Shown: positions 9,640 through 19,382 of the stretch, piece after piece
Numbering within the stretch: position 1 is the stretch's first letter
Layout of the letters: each line of letters starts with the position of its first letter
DNA from: a virus
Taxonomy: Duplodnaviria > Caudoviricetes
Length of the DNA stretch: 64,000 nucleotides
Virus record (IMG/VR): IMGVR_UViG_3300032321_001270
Coordinates: 1-64,000 of that record
Reading direction: 5' to 3' (one strand)
Program-made: the position numbers and the translations under genes
The notes under the pieces: model-generated
Database searches by the model: none
What the model was told of the DNA's origin: nothing
The model's input: the letters and a program-made list of their open reading frames with translations, nothing else

Positions 9640-12045
9640 TTAAGCGTTTGCAATAGCGCCAAGATCAATATCTTGCGCGGCCTCTTCCGGGTACGGCTCA
9701 ATCGTCTTTTGCTTGAGGAACAAGATAACGTCGCCGAGCATCTCGAACGCGTTGCGCAGCGAGTCTTCTAGTTCCGGCATATCAGACTTGCCGTACCGCT
9801 CAGCGAATCGATCGCCGTGCCAGTAGAACATGAACAGGATACGGCCGAGCTTGTCGAGGCCCTTGGTCAGCTCGCCCATGTAGCGATCAACAAGAGAGTC
9901 GTCGCGCACGGCGCGCAACATAGCGCCTACCATCGCGGTATCAAATACTTCTCTCTGCCCGCTGCTGGCGGCGTCAACAACGCTGCGTACGTCTTTCTGG
10001 TCGAGCAGCGTGTTCGGGTTGTAAACACTGCGGTCTGTTTGGCTAGCGCTCATACCCGGAACCGGCACGCCGACGTCGATGCCGAGTTGTGTCGGCACGT
10101 TGGCGCCCATGATTGTCTCGCCGCCCATCACCGGGCCCGGATCCGACGGGGCGCCCGGAGCGTCGTTGATCATCATCGGGCCGCCATACGGGTCGGCATA
10201 CTTTACGCGGCACTCAAACTTCCGCTTGGCAGACGCCTGCTTCAAGATCTCGCGGGCGGCTTCTTCGCGAAGGCCGTGGTGCTCAACCAGCGTCACCAGC
10301 GCCTTAATCGGGCTGAGGCCGGCTTCTTTGTTAATAGTGACTTCTGTGCCGTTGTGATACACAGTCAGCGAGGCGGTCTTGCTCATCAAAGCCAACTGGG
10401 CGTCGACAAGATTGCCGGGCATCAGGGCCGGCGGATCACTTTCGCCGCAACCGCACGCACCCTGATCTTCTGCGGTTTCTGCGTCGTCTTCGCCTTTGCT
10501 CACCTTGAGGAGCTTGAAACCTTCCGGCACAAAGATGTCGCCCATGCTCGCGCGCAGGCTGGAACCCTTCTTGCCGTTCAAGTGGATACGCACGCCGTCA
10601 CGCCACTTGTCATAGTTCAGCGGGTCGGTGTAGCAGCTGCCACACACGCTACCGCGCGCCGGGTACTTCGAGTGATCTTCTAGATGCACTTCATATACAA
10701 TGCTATCGTTCGCGTTGCCGTACTCTTTAATGACACGGAACGGGGCGGTGCAGTCACCACGCTTGCTGAGCGCAATGTAGCGAGCGTCTTTGCTAGGCAC
10801 GCTGTTCGCTTCCGGCAGCGCGTCGAACCACTTGTCGAAGTCTTCGCCTTCGATATGGGCAAGCGCAAACACTTGGTCAGCGCGTGTGTTTAACCAGTCG
10901 GGCTTGCCGTCGGTACGGACAACCGTGATGAAGTGCTCGCGCTTAGCAGCGCCTTGCGGGTGCACGGCGACGTAGCAGCGCTCAATATCGCCCGGCTTGA
11001 CGAGGATTTCGTACAGGCCGCTCTCGGTCGGATTAAACAGCTTCTTTTCGACCTGAATGTTGTACGGAATCGAAACGTTATCACGCTCACGCTGGTCTTG
11101 AATTAGCACACCGTCGCGCAGTAACTTTTCCTGATCTTCTTCCGTATACTCGTGCGGCGCCTTGGTCTGCACCGTTGCGTCATACGTGATGACCTTTAGG
11201 CTGGCTTGCGCGGCGGGCTTATTGGGCGCTTCGGACAGCACGCTGGCGATTTTGGTACTGGCAGCGAGTTCACGCTTCTTCGCTTCGGCCATCGCTTCCT
11301 TGATGATATCTAAACCATGGAATTCATCGATGGCGGAAGCGATCTGCGGAGCATGTTTGCAGGTGTTAATAAGCGTGCCGATCATCTGCAGACCGGCTTC
11401 TTTGAGGAACTTCTTCAGGTCGAGACCGGCGCCGATTTCCTGAAACGTCTGCTGCGTGTTTAGCGTGGCACTCTTGGCCAACGCAGGCATAGCGGCCGTC
11501 ATCATTTCCTTGAGGGTCGGTTGGGCGGATCCGAACTTAGCCGGGCTGCGGGAAAGCTGGGTAAAATCGGGCTGGCGCTGGCCGAGACCCGAAAGATTCC
11601 GCTCGACGCCGCTACCCAGAATGTTGGGCTTGCGGTTAACGAGGTAGTTAATCCAGTTTTCCTTGAGCGGCACGAACATGTCCTGATTCTTGATGTACAG
11701 GAGTTCGTGGCCCTTGAGGTCGCCGTTCAGAAAGAACACCGGCGCGTACAGCCAGTTCGAACCGACTTTGAACGCAAACACGCCGACAGCCTTAGTGTTC
11801 TCGCGGTTTCGGTCGAGGAGCTGGAAACCAATTTCGTGGTCGAGGAGCTTTGGGGCCGAGTCGCGGAGATAGGCGTGGGCCAGATTGCTAAAGGACTGCT
11901 CGAAAGAAGTGTCGTCGCCCTTGCCGCCTAAATCGGCATATTTGGTCTGGGTCCGATCGTAGGACCGCATGACGTTGAGCAAGTGCTTAACAGACGACTC
12001 TTTAGCTTTTTTGTTATACACGGCCAGCCTCCATGCTGCGCTCAA
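9640..12045 (-). CDS. Large hypothetical virion-associated protein with K-x-A motifs
   Basis: 801 aa; KYAD twice, KIAS, KTAS; GGAGG RBS. Confidence 0.55.
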   Translation of the reverse strand: MSAAWRLAVYNKKAKESSVKHLLNVMRSYDRTQTKYADLGGKGDDTSFEQSFSNLAHAYLRDSAPKLLDHEIGFQLLDRNRENTKAVGVFAFKVGSNWLYAPVFFLNGDLKGHELLYIKNQDMFVPLKENWINYLVNRKPNILGSGVERNLSGLGQRQPDFTQLSRSPAKFGSAQPTLKEMMTAAMPALAKSATLNTQQTFQEIGAGLDLKKFLKEAGLQMIGTLINTCKHAPQIASAIDEFHGLDIIKEAMAEAKKRELAASTKIASVLSEAPNKPAAQASLKVITYDATVQTKAPHEYTEEDQEKLLRDGVLIQDQRERDNVSIPYNIQVEKKLFNPTESGLYEILVKPGDIERCYVAVHPQGAAKREHFITVVRTDGKPDWLNTRADQVFALAHIEGEDFDKWFDALPEANSVPSKDARYIALSKRGDCTAPFRVIKEYGNANDSIVYEVHLEDHSKYPARGSVCGSCYTDPLNYDKWRDGVRIHLNGKKGSSLRASMGDIFVPEGFKLLKVSKGEDDAETAEDQGACGCGESDPPALMPGNLVDAQLALMSKTASLTVYHNGTEVTINKEAGLSPIKALVTLVEHHGLREEAAREILKQASAKRKFECRVKYADPYGGPMMINDAPGAPSDPGPVMGGETIMGANVPTQLGIDVGVPVPGMSASQTDRSVYNPNTLLDQKDVRSVVDAASSGQREVFDTAMVGAMLRAVRDDSLVDRYMGELTKGLDKLGRILFMFYWHGDRFAERYGKSDMPELEDSLRNAFEMLGDVILFLKQKTIEPYPEEAAQDIDLGAIANA

Positions 12046-12102
12046 ATAATGGCCCGGTATTAATTTACCGTGCCGAAGTCTCTATATCGTACAAAAATAG
12101 CC

Positions 12103-13983
12103 TCAAGGCTTCCACCCGCTTGTTGTCCCGGTCACGCCAAACTGATCGCCCTGCGCTAATGCCGGGACATAACTACTGCCAGCCGCGTCGCTACTTAACC
12201 CGCGCTGGACGCTGTTCATAAGTCCCTTTTCCTGATATGAACCCAACATGCGGGTCATCCAGTCAGGGTCGTTCGAGATATTGGCCATACCACGAACCAT
12301 TTCGGGCTGGAACGGCGGCGGTTCTTTATGCGCCTGTACCGTTTTGATGCCGTACTTGTTTAAGTTTGTCAGCACGTTTTTACCGATCTTCGTGCCGATT
12401 GAATAGTGCAAAACCGGTTTTTCAAGATAATGCCCGGATAATGTCTGCGGCGCACCGGAGACGCTACCTTCGCGCGGGGTCCAGTTTCGTTCTAATGTTG
12501 AATACGGCACGATGTCGTCAGGGGCATAATCACCGTACTCGTCGGTCAGGCGTACGTGGTTTACAAGCCCGCGCGCCAACAGCTCAATATTACGGCGGTG
12601 AGCGGAAATACCGCTGTTGCCCATAACCTGCCGCATAGCGTGTACAAAGTAACGCCGCCCCTCGCCGACGCCTTTGTGTTTGACAATTTCCGACGGGTTA
12701 GGCATGCCGTCAGAGATCACATCGCCGGCTTCGAGTTCGTCGCCTTTTTTAACGGCCAGCTCGCGCTCGGTCGGAATGTAGTGATCTTGCCCGTTGATTT
12801 GCACATAGTGCCCGCCCTGCGCCGCCGGACGAACTTCCTGCACGCGACCGTCGGTCTGCGCGTGCGCTGCGCCGCCGGGATACTTCTTCGGCACCTGCAC
12901 AAGCGCGTTCAGGGCTTTAAACCCAGAGATCGCGCCTGCACCGCCGACACCGCCCGAGTGCTTTGAGCTAATCTGGCTTTGCGTAACAGGCTCGGAAAGA
13001 GCTTGTGCCGCCGCAATGCCTACATAGTCCCCGGCCGGCGGTAGCCGGCCTTTTTCGCGGTATCCGACGTCTTTTGCGTAAACACCGCCGTCGCCGGGAC
13101 CACCGACGATAGGGCTGCGCACTAAGATATCTTTAACGCCCATCTCTTTGATGTCGCGCAAGATCTTCGGTGTCAGTACGGTGTTACGCTTATACGGCCC
13201 GATAGCGCGAGACAGCAACGCGCCCTCATTGTCAGCGTCATCGACATCGCTCGGATAGCCGCGTTCTTCCGACTCAGCTTTTTGGGTCTCGTCGGTGTCG
13301 TCATCGTCGTCGGACGTGACAAGCAGGCGGTGCGTCATCTGCGCTAGCTGCTTGCCGTAAAAACCGGCGTCAGCGGTCGCAGTCTTCAAGTCAATCACAC
13401 CCTTGCGCGTGCCGAATGCTCCGGCAAAGTACTCAACGGGGCGAAGACCTTGGCTGTAGCCGCGCAACACCGGAATTGGTATCGGGTCGCCGCGGTGGTC
13501 AAGATACTGCATGTCCGCGCCGATAATCGAGTTCAGCTGAAACTTGTTGCCGACGCCAGCGCCCGCAATTTGATGCACCAGAGGATTATCTTGCCCCTCG
13601 GCTTCTTTGTAAACTTTGTCAAGCAGTTCTTGCTGCGCACCCTGCGCTAACTCAAGCAATTTTAAGTTTCGCTGTTTCTCGTCAAGCCGCTTGTCAGCGA
13701 GGATGTCTTGCATCTGCCGATGAACCCGCAGTTGAACATTGCGCACAGCCAGCGTTGGGCGAATGTCTTTCAGGCCAAACGACAAACCGTTTGTGGAATA
13801 CCCGGCATCGCGGCCAACGTCATGAAGTTTTTTCATAACTTCACGATATTTTTCAGGATGTCGTTTGGCTAGTTCTGTTGCGACACCGGACATACTCTTT
13901 TTGGTCAACACACGATCGTAGTCGCGCATGTCTGGAGGAAGCGCCTCGTTGATCATGAGTTGTCCAAGCGTCGTTTTAAGCAT
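12103..13983 (-). CDS. rpoC: Phage RNA polymerase beta' subunit, C-terminal half (bridge helix, trigger loop)
   Basis: TTLGQL start; GYSQGLRPVEYFAGAFGTRKGVIDLKTATADAG (bridge helix); GIAAAQALSEPVTQ (trigger helix); GDVISDG...RRNIELLARG; start re-called at MLKTT. Confidence 0.9.
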   Translation of the reverse strand: MLKTTLGQLMINEALPPDMRDYDRVLTKKSMSGVATELAKRHPEKYREVMKKLHDVGRDAGYSTNGLSFGLKDIRPTLAVRNVQLRVHRQMQDILADKRLDEKQRNLKLLELAQGAQQELLDKVYKEAEGQDNPLVHQIAGAGVGNKFQLNSIIGADMQYLDHRGDPIPIPVLRGYSQGLRPVEYFAGAFGTRKGVIDLKTATADAGFYGKQLAQMTHRLLVTSDDDDDTDETQKAESEERGYPSDVDDADNEGALLSRAIGPYKRNTVLTPKILRDIKEMGVKDILVRSPIVGGPGDGGVYAKDVGYREKGRLPPAGDYVGIAAAQALSEPVTQSQISSKHSGGVGGAGAISGFKALNALVQVPKKYPGGAAHAQTDGRVQEVRPAAQGGHYVQINGQDHYIPTERELAVKKGDELEAGDVISDGMPNPSEIVKHKGVGEGRRYFVHAMRQVMGNSGISAHRRNIELLARGLVNHVRLTDEYGDYAPDDIVPYSTLERNWTPREGSVSGAPQTLSGHYLEKPVLHYSIGTKIGKNVLTNLNKYGIKTVQAHKEPPPFQPEMVRGMANISNDPDWMTRMLGSYQEKGLMNSVQRGLSSDAAGSSYVPALAQGDQFGVTGTTSGWKP

Positions 13984-13984
13984 G

Positions 13985-14233
13985 TTATTTTGGCCACACG
14001 ATATTCTGCATCGACTTTGGAGCAAAATCCGACACTACGACAGTTTTCTCGATACCAAGCGCGCGCAACAGTGAATGAAAATCTTTTTCTCCGGGCGTTG
14101 AGTACACAATCGCTTCGTCGACTTGAATAGCAACAAAAATCGGGTTGCCAAGATCGTCTTCGATAACGACGCTGTGCGCTTTTCGCTCAGATGGTTGAAG
14201 ACTGTGTTGGGTTTTAACCAGCATTGCCCGCAA
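13985..14233 (-). CDS. Hypothetical protein between the RNAP genes
   Basis: 82-aa ORF tightly coupled to both neighbours. Confidence 0.5.
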   Translation of the reverse strand: MRAMLVKTQHSLQPSERKAHSVVIEDDLGNPIFVAIQVDEAIVYSTPGEKDFHSLLRALGIEKTVVVSDFAPKSMQNIVWPK

Positions 14234-14942
14234 GACTCCGAATCATAGCTGCGACTGCATTCGCCTTGATTTGCATATCGGTCGGGGCAAACGGGTCGCT
14301 GCTCAATGACGCCGACACTGGTTTGCCGATATACGACGCAGACTTTTCAGGTTCAGAAGATTCCCACCACGCTGCCTTGGCGTTCGGATCTTGTGGCGCT
14401 GCGTTCGGGGGCATCGGACCGCCCGGGGGAAGCGGCCCACCCGGAGGTTGCATGCCACCCTGCGCGTTCGGGTCTTGCGGCGGAGGCGCCATTGGACCGC
14501 CGGGGAGCGCGGTTTCAGCAGGCGGGGCGCCAGTCGTGCCGGGAGGCAGAACCAGCGACTCCGGCGGAACCTGCACGCCCATCGCGTTCATAATTGCCGT
14601 CAGCTGCTGCTGCATGTTGTAAAGACGGTAGTCGAGCATTTGCATCATTTGCTCGGGTTTTAACTTTTGTTGCACGCCAGCAGCGGGGGATGCGCCCGGA
14701 GCGGCGGGTGCGGCGGGCGCTGCTGGAGTAGCAGGCTGCACCATCCCCATAGCCGCGGGATCCATCGGTGGCGCCGCTGCAGCAGCAGCGGGATCGGCCG
14801 GAGGAGCAGCGCCCATGGCAGCTGGATCCATCGGCGGCGCACCACCGGCGGCAGCGGGATCCACCGCCGCTCCGGGCACTAAAGCGGACTTTTCAAATCG
14901 CGCCTTGGCAAGCGCAATCAGTTCGGGATTGACGGTGAACAT
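14214..14942 (-). CDS. Pro/Ala/Gly-rich low-complexity protein between the RNAP genes
   Basis: 242 aa; FEKSA and PEKSAS motifs; PPMDPAAMG repeats; GGAGG RBS. Confidence 0.55.
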   Translation of the reverse strand: MFTVNPELIALAKARFEKSALVPGAAVDPAAAGGAPPMDPAAMGAAPPADPAAAAAAPPMDPAAMGMVQPATPAAPAAPAAPGASPAAGVQQKLKPEQMMQMLDYRLYNMQQQLTAIMNAMGVQVPPESLVLPPGTTGAPPAETALPGGPMAPPPQDPNAQGGMQPPGGPLPPGGPMPPNAAPQDPNAKAAWWESSEPEKSASYIGKPVSASLSSDPFAPTDMQIKANAVAAMIRSLAGNAG

Positions 14943-14963
14943 ACAACCTCCATGTTGAATAGG

Positions 14964-17900
14964 TTAGGTATTATCTTCCACAATATGAACCGGGGTGTCT
15001 ACCTCGATTTCACCACGCCGGTATGCCTGCATTGCGTCTTGCTTGCTGCGATATACCCGCGGTTTGGACTTGTTATTAATCCGACTGGACGCCACATAGA
15101 GCCCAGTTTGATAGTCTTTGTTCGGTACGTAGTGCGCCCGGAACGTCGAGGTTGCAAACAGGTTTTTGCTCGGCAGCATCTTCTCGACGGCTTCCTTGGC
15201 CGCATCTTCTGTGCTGGGAACGTGATACTGCATCGCATCGCCGTCGAAGTCGGCGCCAAAGCCTTTCGTGATCACGGGGTTAACTTCCATGACCTTGTTC
15301 TTCGTCAGCTTTGGATAGAACGCCATCATGCCGTATCTATGTAAAACAGGCGCGCGATTAATAACAATCGGACGCGCACCCATCTGTCGATCCAGTTCTG
15401 CCGCGGCTTCTTTGTTCTTGTCCTCAACGGCTTGCATAGCTTGCATCCGGGGCAAGCCGCGGCGAACTAAACCACGCACAACAAACGGCTTGTAAATGTC
15501 CCACGCCTTCTCTTCCGGCAGGGCAACCTCGTCCATGTCCAGATCGGGGTTGGGGGTGATGACAGCCCGGCCGACAAGATCGACCGTGGAGCTAAGAAGC
15601 TTGCGCTGTACCGTGCCGTACTTGGGCGATGTACCAAACACGTGGCGCAGAAAACCCTTAACGTTGCGCTCGACGTTTTTTGGCTGTTGAGGGTCGCCCA
15701 AACCAGTCACGGCTTTTAACGAGTCATATACCCCAAGGCGCTCTTCGCTGTAATCGGTCAGCGCGCCGGACGCGTCTTTGAGGGCGCCGTTTGCGTCCAG
15801 CAGTTCTTTGTATAAGTAATTTGCATCAGCTACGAGCGGCAGCTTCTTGTTACCCATTGTGCTGACGGGCCGGAAAAGGGGCGGCAGCACTGGTACTTTG
15901 TTGATCATCCAGTCTTTGGGCTGCACGCCGGTTGCTTCAGCGCTCTTCAAAAAACCAAGCCGCCGCACAGCAGCATCACGCAGGGTTTTTCTGCCGGATT
16001 TGATATCTTCACGGGCCTGCTCGATTGCTTTGGGAAGGTTAATCCGCTCCAGAGCTTCTTTGATCGCGCTCGGGCCTGTCTTGTCACCCAGCGACTCTTG
16101 TCCGGCGAGAACGGCTCGGAAGCGTTTTTCCGTCAGGCCCAACACCCGGCGAATCGGATCTTCCATCACGGGATTTGGCATCGGTTCGTGAAGCGTGATC
16201 TTGCTCCACCGATTGCCGCTATGGCCGCCCGTTAATGTCTCATCGAACAGGCCGCCTGCGATTGGTTTGAGCCGGCCTTTCCAATCGACTGTTTCAGAAT
16301 TCTGGAGTTCACGGTTGCCGGCCAGCGCATCGACGTCCTTATCGGTCATCGCCATGATGTTGGACTTGGATCCGCTGCGCACGACGTTAATCCCAGACGC
16401 GCGCAACTGATTGACGAACTTCTCGTAGACGTGCGGGACTTTTGGCAGCGGCGGGGTATATCCAGCCATGAACTGCGACCAGTACTCTGGGTTAGCTTGG
16501 CCACGAACCATCTTGGCGTCGCGGATAACCTTGCCGGCGCCGTGGCTAAGCAACGCGCCAAGGTCAAGCATGCCGACACGCTTGGCACCTTCAGAGCCGC
16601 CCTTGGCCGGTGTGCCTTCGGCGGTATACGCGCCCATCGCCCGGCCTTGCGCCTTGGACTCACTCGTGTGGTGCAGCTTCATGAAGAAACGATTGCCGGT
16701 CAGAACGCCGGGGATCTTACGACCTGTCGTGGGGTCAATGATTTCTTCGGTGTCAGAAAGCCCGTGCTTGGCGAGTTCCTTCTGGGCCATCTCAATTAGG
16801 TCGGTATTGTTATCAAAATCTTTAAGCTTGAACGGTTTGCCTGTTTTTGCCGCAATTTTGCCTAGCGCAGCCTCAATAACCTGCGCCGGATTAATACGGC
16901 TGATCAAACCCAGCGGACTGACAAGTACTTCATATGGGTTGCCGTCTTTGTCATGCGGCATCTCTTCGTCTTTTACGATCTCAGATACAACGCCTTTATC
17001 GCCAAAGCGGCCGGTGAGTTTATCGCCCACGTCCATCTGCGCCTGATTTTTGACGACAACGCTGACGCCCTTCTTGGTGTGCATCACATCGGTCACGATA
17101 CCGGGCGAATGGTGGTCCCACGTCACAGTTTCATTCGTAAAACTACCCGCCCGACCACGATGCACTTTGCCGTAAACCGTGTCTTTCTTTTTGGCAACGA
17201 GCACCAGCGGGTCACCAAAGTGAACTTCTGTGCCTTTTTTAATCGCGCCGACGTCGTCAAAATTTTCAAGTTTCTTCTTGTCGTACTCCGCGGGAAATAA
17301 ACTCACGAACGCCTTCTTGCCAACGTGAGTATTATCATCCCATTCGGCTTCATGCTGGTACATGTGCTCAGACGTCAGGCGCTTGGCGGCAGACTCAGAG
17401 ATCACCACGGCGTCTTCGTAGTTCTTGCCGCGGAACGGCACATAGGCTGTGCGCAGGTTCAGCCCCAGAGCCGCGCTGCCGTTCGAGTCTGTAAAGTTTG
17501 AGCGGGCCAGCAGCTGTCCGGGTTCGACTACATCGCCGGGTTTGACCAGCGGCGTCTGATGCAAGAATGTTTTGCGGTTGTACGGCATCTCGTTGTACAG
17601 ATCGATCGTCTTCTTATTGCCGTCCTTGTCGCGCAGCACAATTCCGTCCGGCGTAACATCAACGACCTGCGAACGGTGGGTAGCACGGGTAGCACCCAGT
17701 TTTTCGCCCATCTCGTCTTCATGCGAAACGCTAGGGTCATCAGCTTTAGCCGACTGTACAAGCGGCGCTTCGGCGCCGACAAGGGGCAGGGCCTGTGTAA
17801 ACATTCGACTACCCATGATCACGCGGTGGCCTTTGATCATAGTTTTGATCGGCACCATGTTGGACAGCGTTGAGAACGTCGAGTCCATGTTCGGCAAGCT

Positions 17901-19379
17901 GAACTGCGCGTCTTTGCGCGGCACATACTTGAGACGGCCGTTGACGAGCGCGGCCACGACGGGAAGCTTGTTGTCTTCTTCGCCCGGGAACACAAGCGGC
18001 GTGTCAGCTAACTCTTGCGGGGTTTTGTACACGCGCTCACCGGTCTTCATGTCGACAACGGGCGTATAAACCTTGCCGTCCGCACCCTTCATGGCGCCGC
18101 GGGCAAACCGCATATCGACACCGACCTTGCCGCTTTCCGGCGTGCGCAAATAGTCGATAAATCCAAGATGGCTGGGCTGTACGCTACGCGACTCAGCCGG
18201 CACAGCGTCGAGCGAACCTATGCCGCCCTCGCCCATGCGAGTTACACGAGTCTGATGATCAAAAATCTCAGCTGGGTTGATTTCTTCTAAGCTCGACCCC
18301 AACCCGCTGCCGATCAACGCGGCCGAAATAGCTTTGTCAAACACACCGCTGGGAATATGGTCGATGGATTTTCGTGCCGTGGCTTTCCATAGCAACTTGT
18401 TTAATCCCTGCCGGTCTTTGGTGAAACGCTCGGCAATCAAGTCTTCGGGGCCGACCACCGACTGATACACCATGTTGTCGCGGTCATCGCTCTCGGCTTC
18501 GCGACGATTCACTGCGATTAATTTCTTAGTAATCGCCAGAATCGTGTCCGGCGTCATGTTCTTGTGCTCGGCGCCAAGCGTTCGGCGAGTGACTTCGGGG
18601 TCGAGTTCGGTCTTGGCAAACTCGTCGGCGATGGCTTTGGCTTTGACGAGTGCGTCAGCGCCGGCAACAGGTTTGTTTACAAGTCGCGCGTAAAGTTTGT
18701 CGAGCGTGCCGGCGTCGCCCTTTTCCATATTGACGGCGGTGATCTCGTTGCCCCACGACGCGCGAATGTCTTGATCCGACACGCCCATGCTCTTGAGCAA
18801 CGGCATGAGCGGGATCTGCGCCTGACCGATGCTAATTTTAAACACGCCGGTTTTTGGGTCGAGAAAGTAGCGATGTGAGCGGCCTTTGCCGGGCAATGTG
18901 TTAACGTGTGCTTCAATCTCGCCGTTGTCTTTCTCGCGGGTGAACACGCCCGGGCGTAACCGCATCTGGTGCGCGAGTGTGTATTCCACGCCGCCGTTGA
19001 CGAACGTGCCGGAGTCTGTGAGATACGGGACATGCGCAATAGTCGCGCGCTTCTGGCCGACCGATTCACCGGTTTTGTTATCAATAAGTGTCCACGTGCC
19101 CTGCAGTCTGCGGGCAAGCGTGCCGCGCGATAGCACAGCTTTCTTTTGATCAGCCCTTGTAAATCTCTCCGGGCCAGAGTATCCAACATCTTGCAACTGA
19201 ATCGTATAAAGATCGTTCTGTAGGGGTTTTAAACCCTGCGCGCTGGTCAGCGCCTGATTGAAAATATTGTCGCGCATTGCGTCTACATCGCCGAACGTGC
19301 GCATAGACGGCACAGGCTGCGGGCCGGGCTGAAAAACCGGCTGCGGCGCTTTCAAAGGCGGCAGGTCAGGCGTCGGCAT
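14964..19379 (-). CDS. rpoB: Phage RNA polymerase: complete beta fused to the N-terminal catalytic half of beta'
   Basis: Beta motifs VPYLTDSGTFVNG, RTPESGKVG, GKNYEDAVVIS, GDKLTGRFGDKGVV, MKLHH; then beta' motifs PVLPPLFRP, VDLVGRAVI, NRAPVLHR and GADFDGD; 1471 aa with no internal stop. Confidence 0.93.
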   Translation of the reverse strand: MPTPDLPPLKAPQPVFQPGPQPVPSMRTFGDVDAMRDNIFNQALTSAQGLKPLQNDLYTIQLQDVGYSGPERFTRADQKKAVLSRGTLARRLQGTWTLIDNKTGESVGQKRATIAHVPYLTDSGTFVNGGVEYTLAHQMRLRPGVFTREKDNGEIEAHVNTLPGKGRSHRYFLDPKTGVFKISIGQAQIPLMPLLKSMGVSDQDIRASWGNEITAVNMEKGDAGTLDKLYARLVNKPVAGADALVKAKAIADEFAKTELDPEVTRRTLGAEHKNMTPDTILAITKKLIAVNRREAESDDRDNMVYQSVVGPEDLIAERFTKDRQGLNKLLWKATARKSIDHIPSGVFDKAISAALIGSGLGSSLEEINPAEIFDHQTRVTRMGEGGIGSLDAVPAESRSVQPSHLGFIDYLRTPESGKVGVDMRFARGAMKGADGKVYTPVVDMKTGERVYKTPQELADTPLVFPGEEDNKLPVVAALVNGRLKYVPRKDAQFSLPNMDSTFSTLSNMVPIKTMIKGHRVIMGSRMFTQALPLVGAEAPLVQSAKADDPSVSHEDEMGEKLGATRATHRSQVVDVTPDGIVLRDKDGNKKTIDLYNEMPYNRKTFLHQTPLVKPGDVVEPGQLLARSNFTDSNGSAALGLNLRTAYVPFRGKNYEDAVVISESAAKRLTSEHMYQHEAEWDDNTHVGKKAFVSLFPAEYDKKKLENFDDVGAIKKGTEVHFGDPLVLVAKKKDTVYGKVHRGRAGSFTNETVTWDHHSPGIVTDVMHTKKGVSVVVKNQAQMDVGDKLTGRFGDKGVVSEIVKDEEMPHDKDGNPYEVLVSPLGLISRINPAQVIEAALGKIAAKTGKPFKLKDFDNNTDLIEMAQKELAKHGLSDTEEIIDPTTGRKIPGVLTGNRFFMKLHHTSESKAQGRAMGAYTAEGTPAKGGSEGAKRVGMLDLGALLSHGAGKVIRDAKMVRGQANPEYWSQFMAGYTPPLPKVPHVYEKFVNQLRASGINVVRSGSKSNIMAMTDKDVDALAGNRELQNSETVDWKGRLKPIAGGLFDETLTGGHSGNRWSKITLHEPMPNPVMEDPIRRVLGLTEKRFRAVLAGQESLGDKTGPSAIKEALERINLPKAIEQAREDIKSGRKTLRDAAVRRLGFLKSAEATGVQPKDWMINKVPVLPPLFRPVSTMGNKKLPLVADANYLYKELLDANGALKDASGALTDYSEERLGVYDSLKAVTGLGDPQQPKNVERNVKGFLRHVFGTSPKYGTVQRKLLSSTVDLVGRAVITPNPDLDMDEVALPEEKAWDIYKPFVVRGLVRRGLPRMQAMQAVEDKNKEAAAELDRQMGARPIVINRAPVLHRYGMMAFYPKLTKNKVMEVNPVITKGFGADFDGDAMQYHVPSTEDAAKEAVEKMLPSKNLFATSTFRAHYVPNKDYQTGLYVASSRINNKSKPRVYRSKQDAMQAYRRGEIEVDTPVHIVEDNT

Positions 19380-19382
19380 GGA

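Noticed and set aside
9640-12045. Portal or terminase assignment
   Set aside because: No Walker motifs or recognisable portal signature; left as hypothetical
12103-19379. Cellular rpoBC operon (bacterial chromosome)
   Set aside because: No ribosomal protein or nusG context, strongly diverged motifs, and flanked by capsid and protease genes
14964-19379. Intein or intron in the RNAP gene
   Set aside because: Motifs are colinear and compact; no C/S...HN splice junction or LAGLIDADG pattern seen
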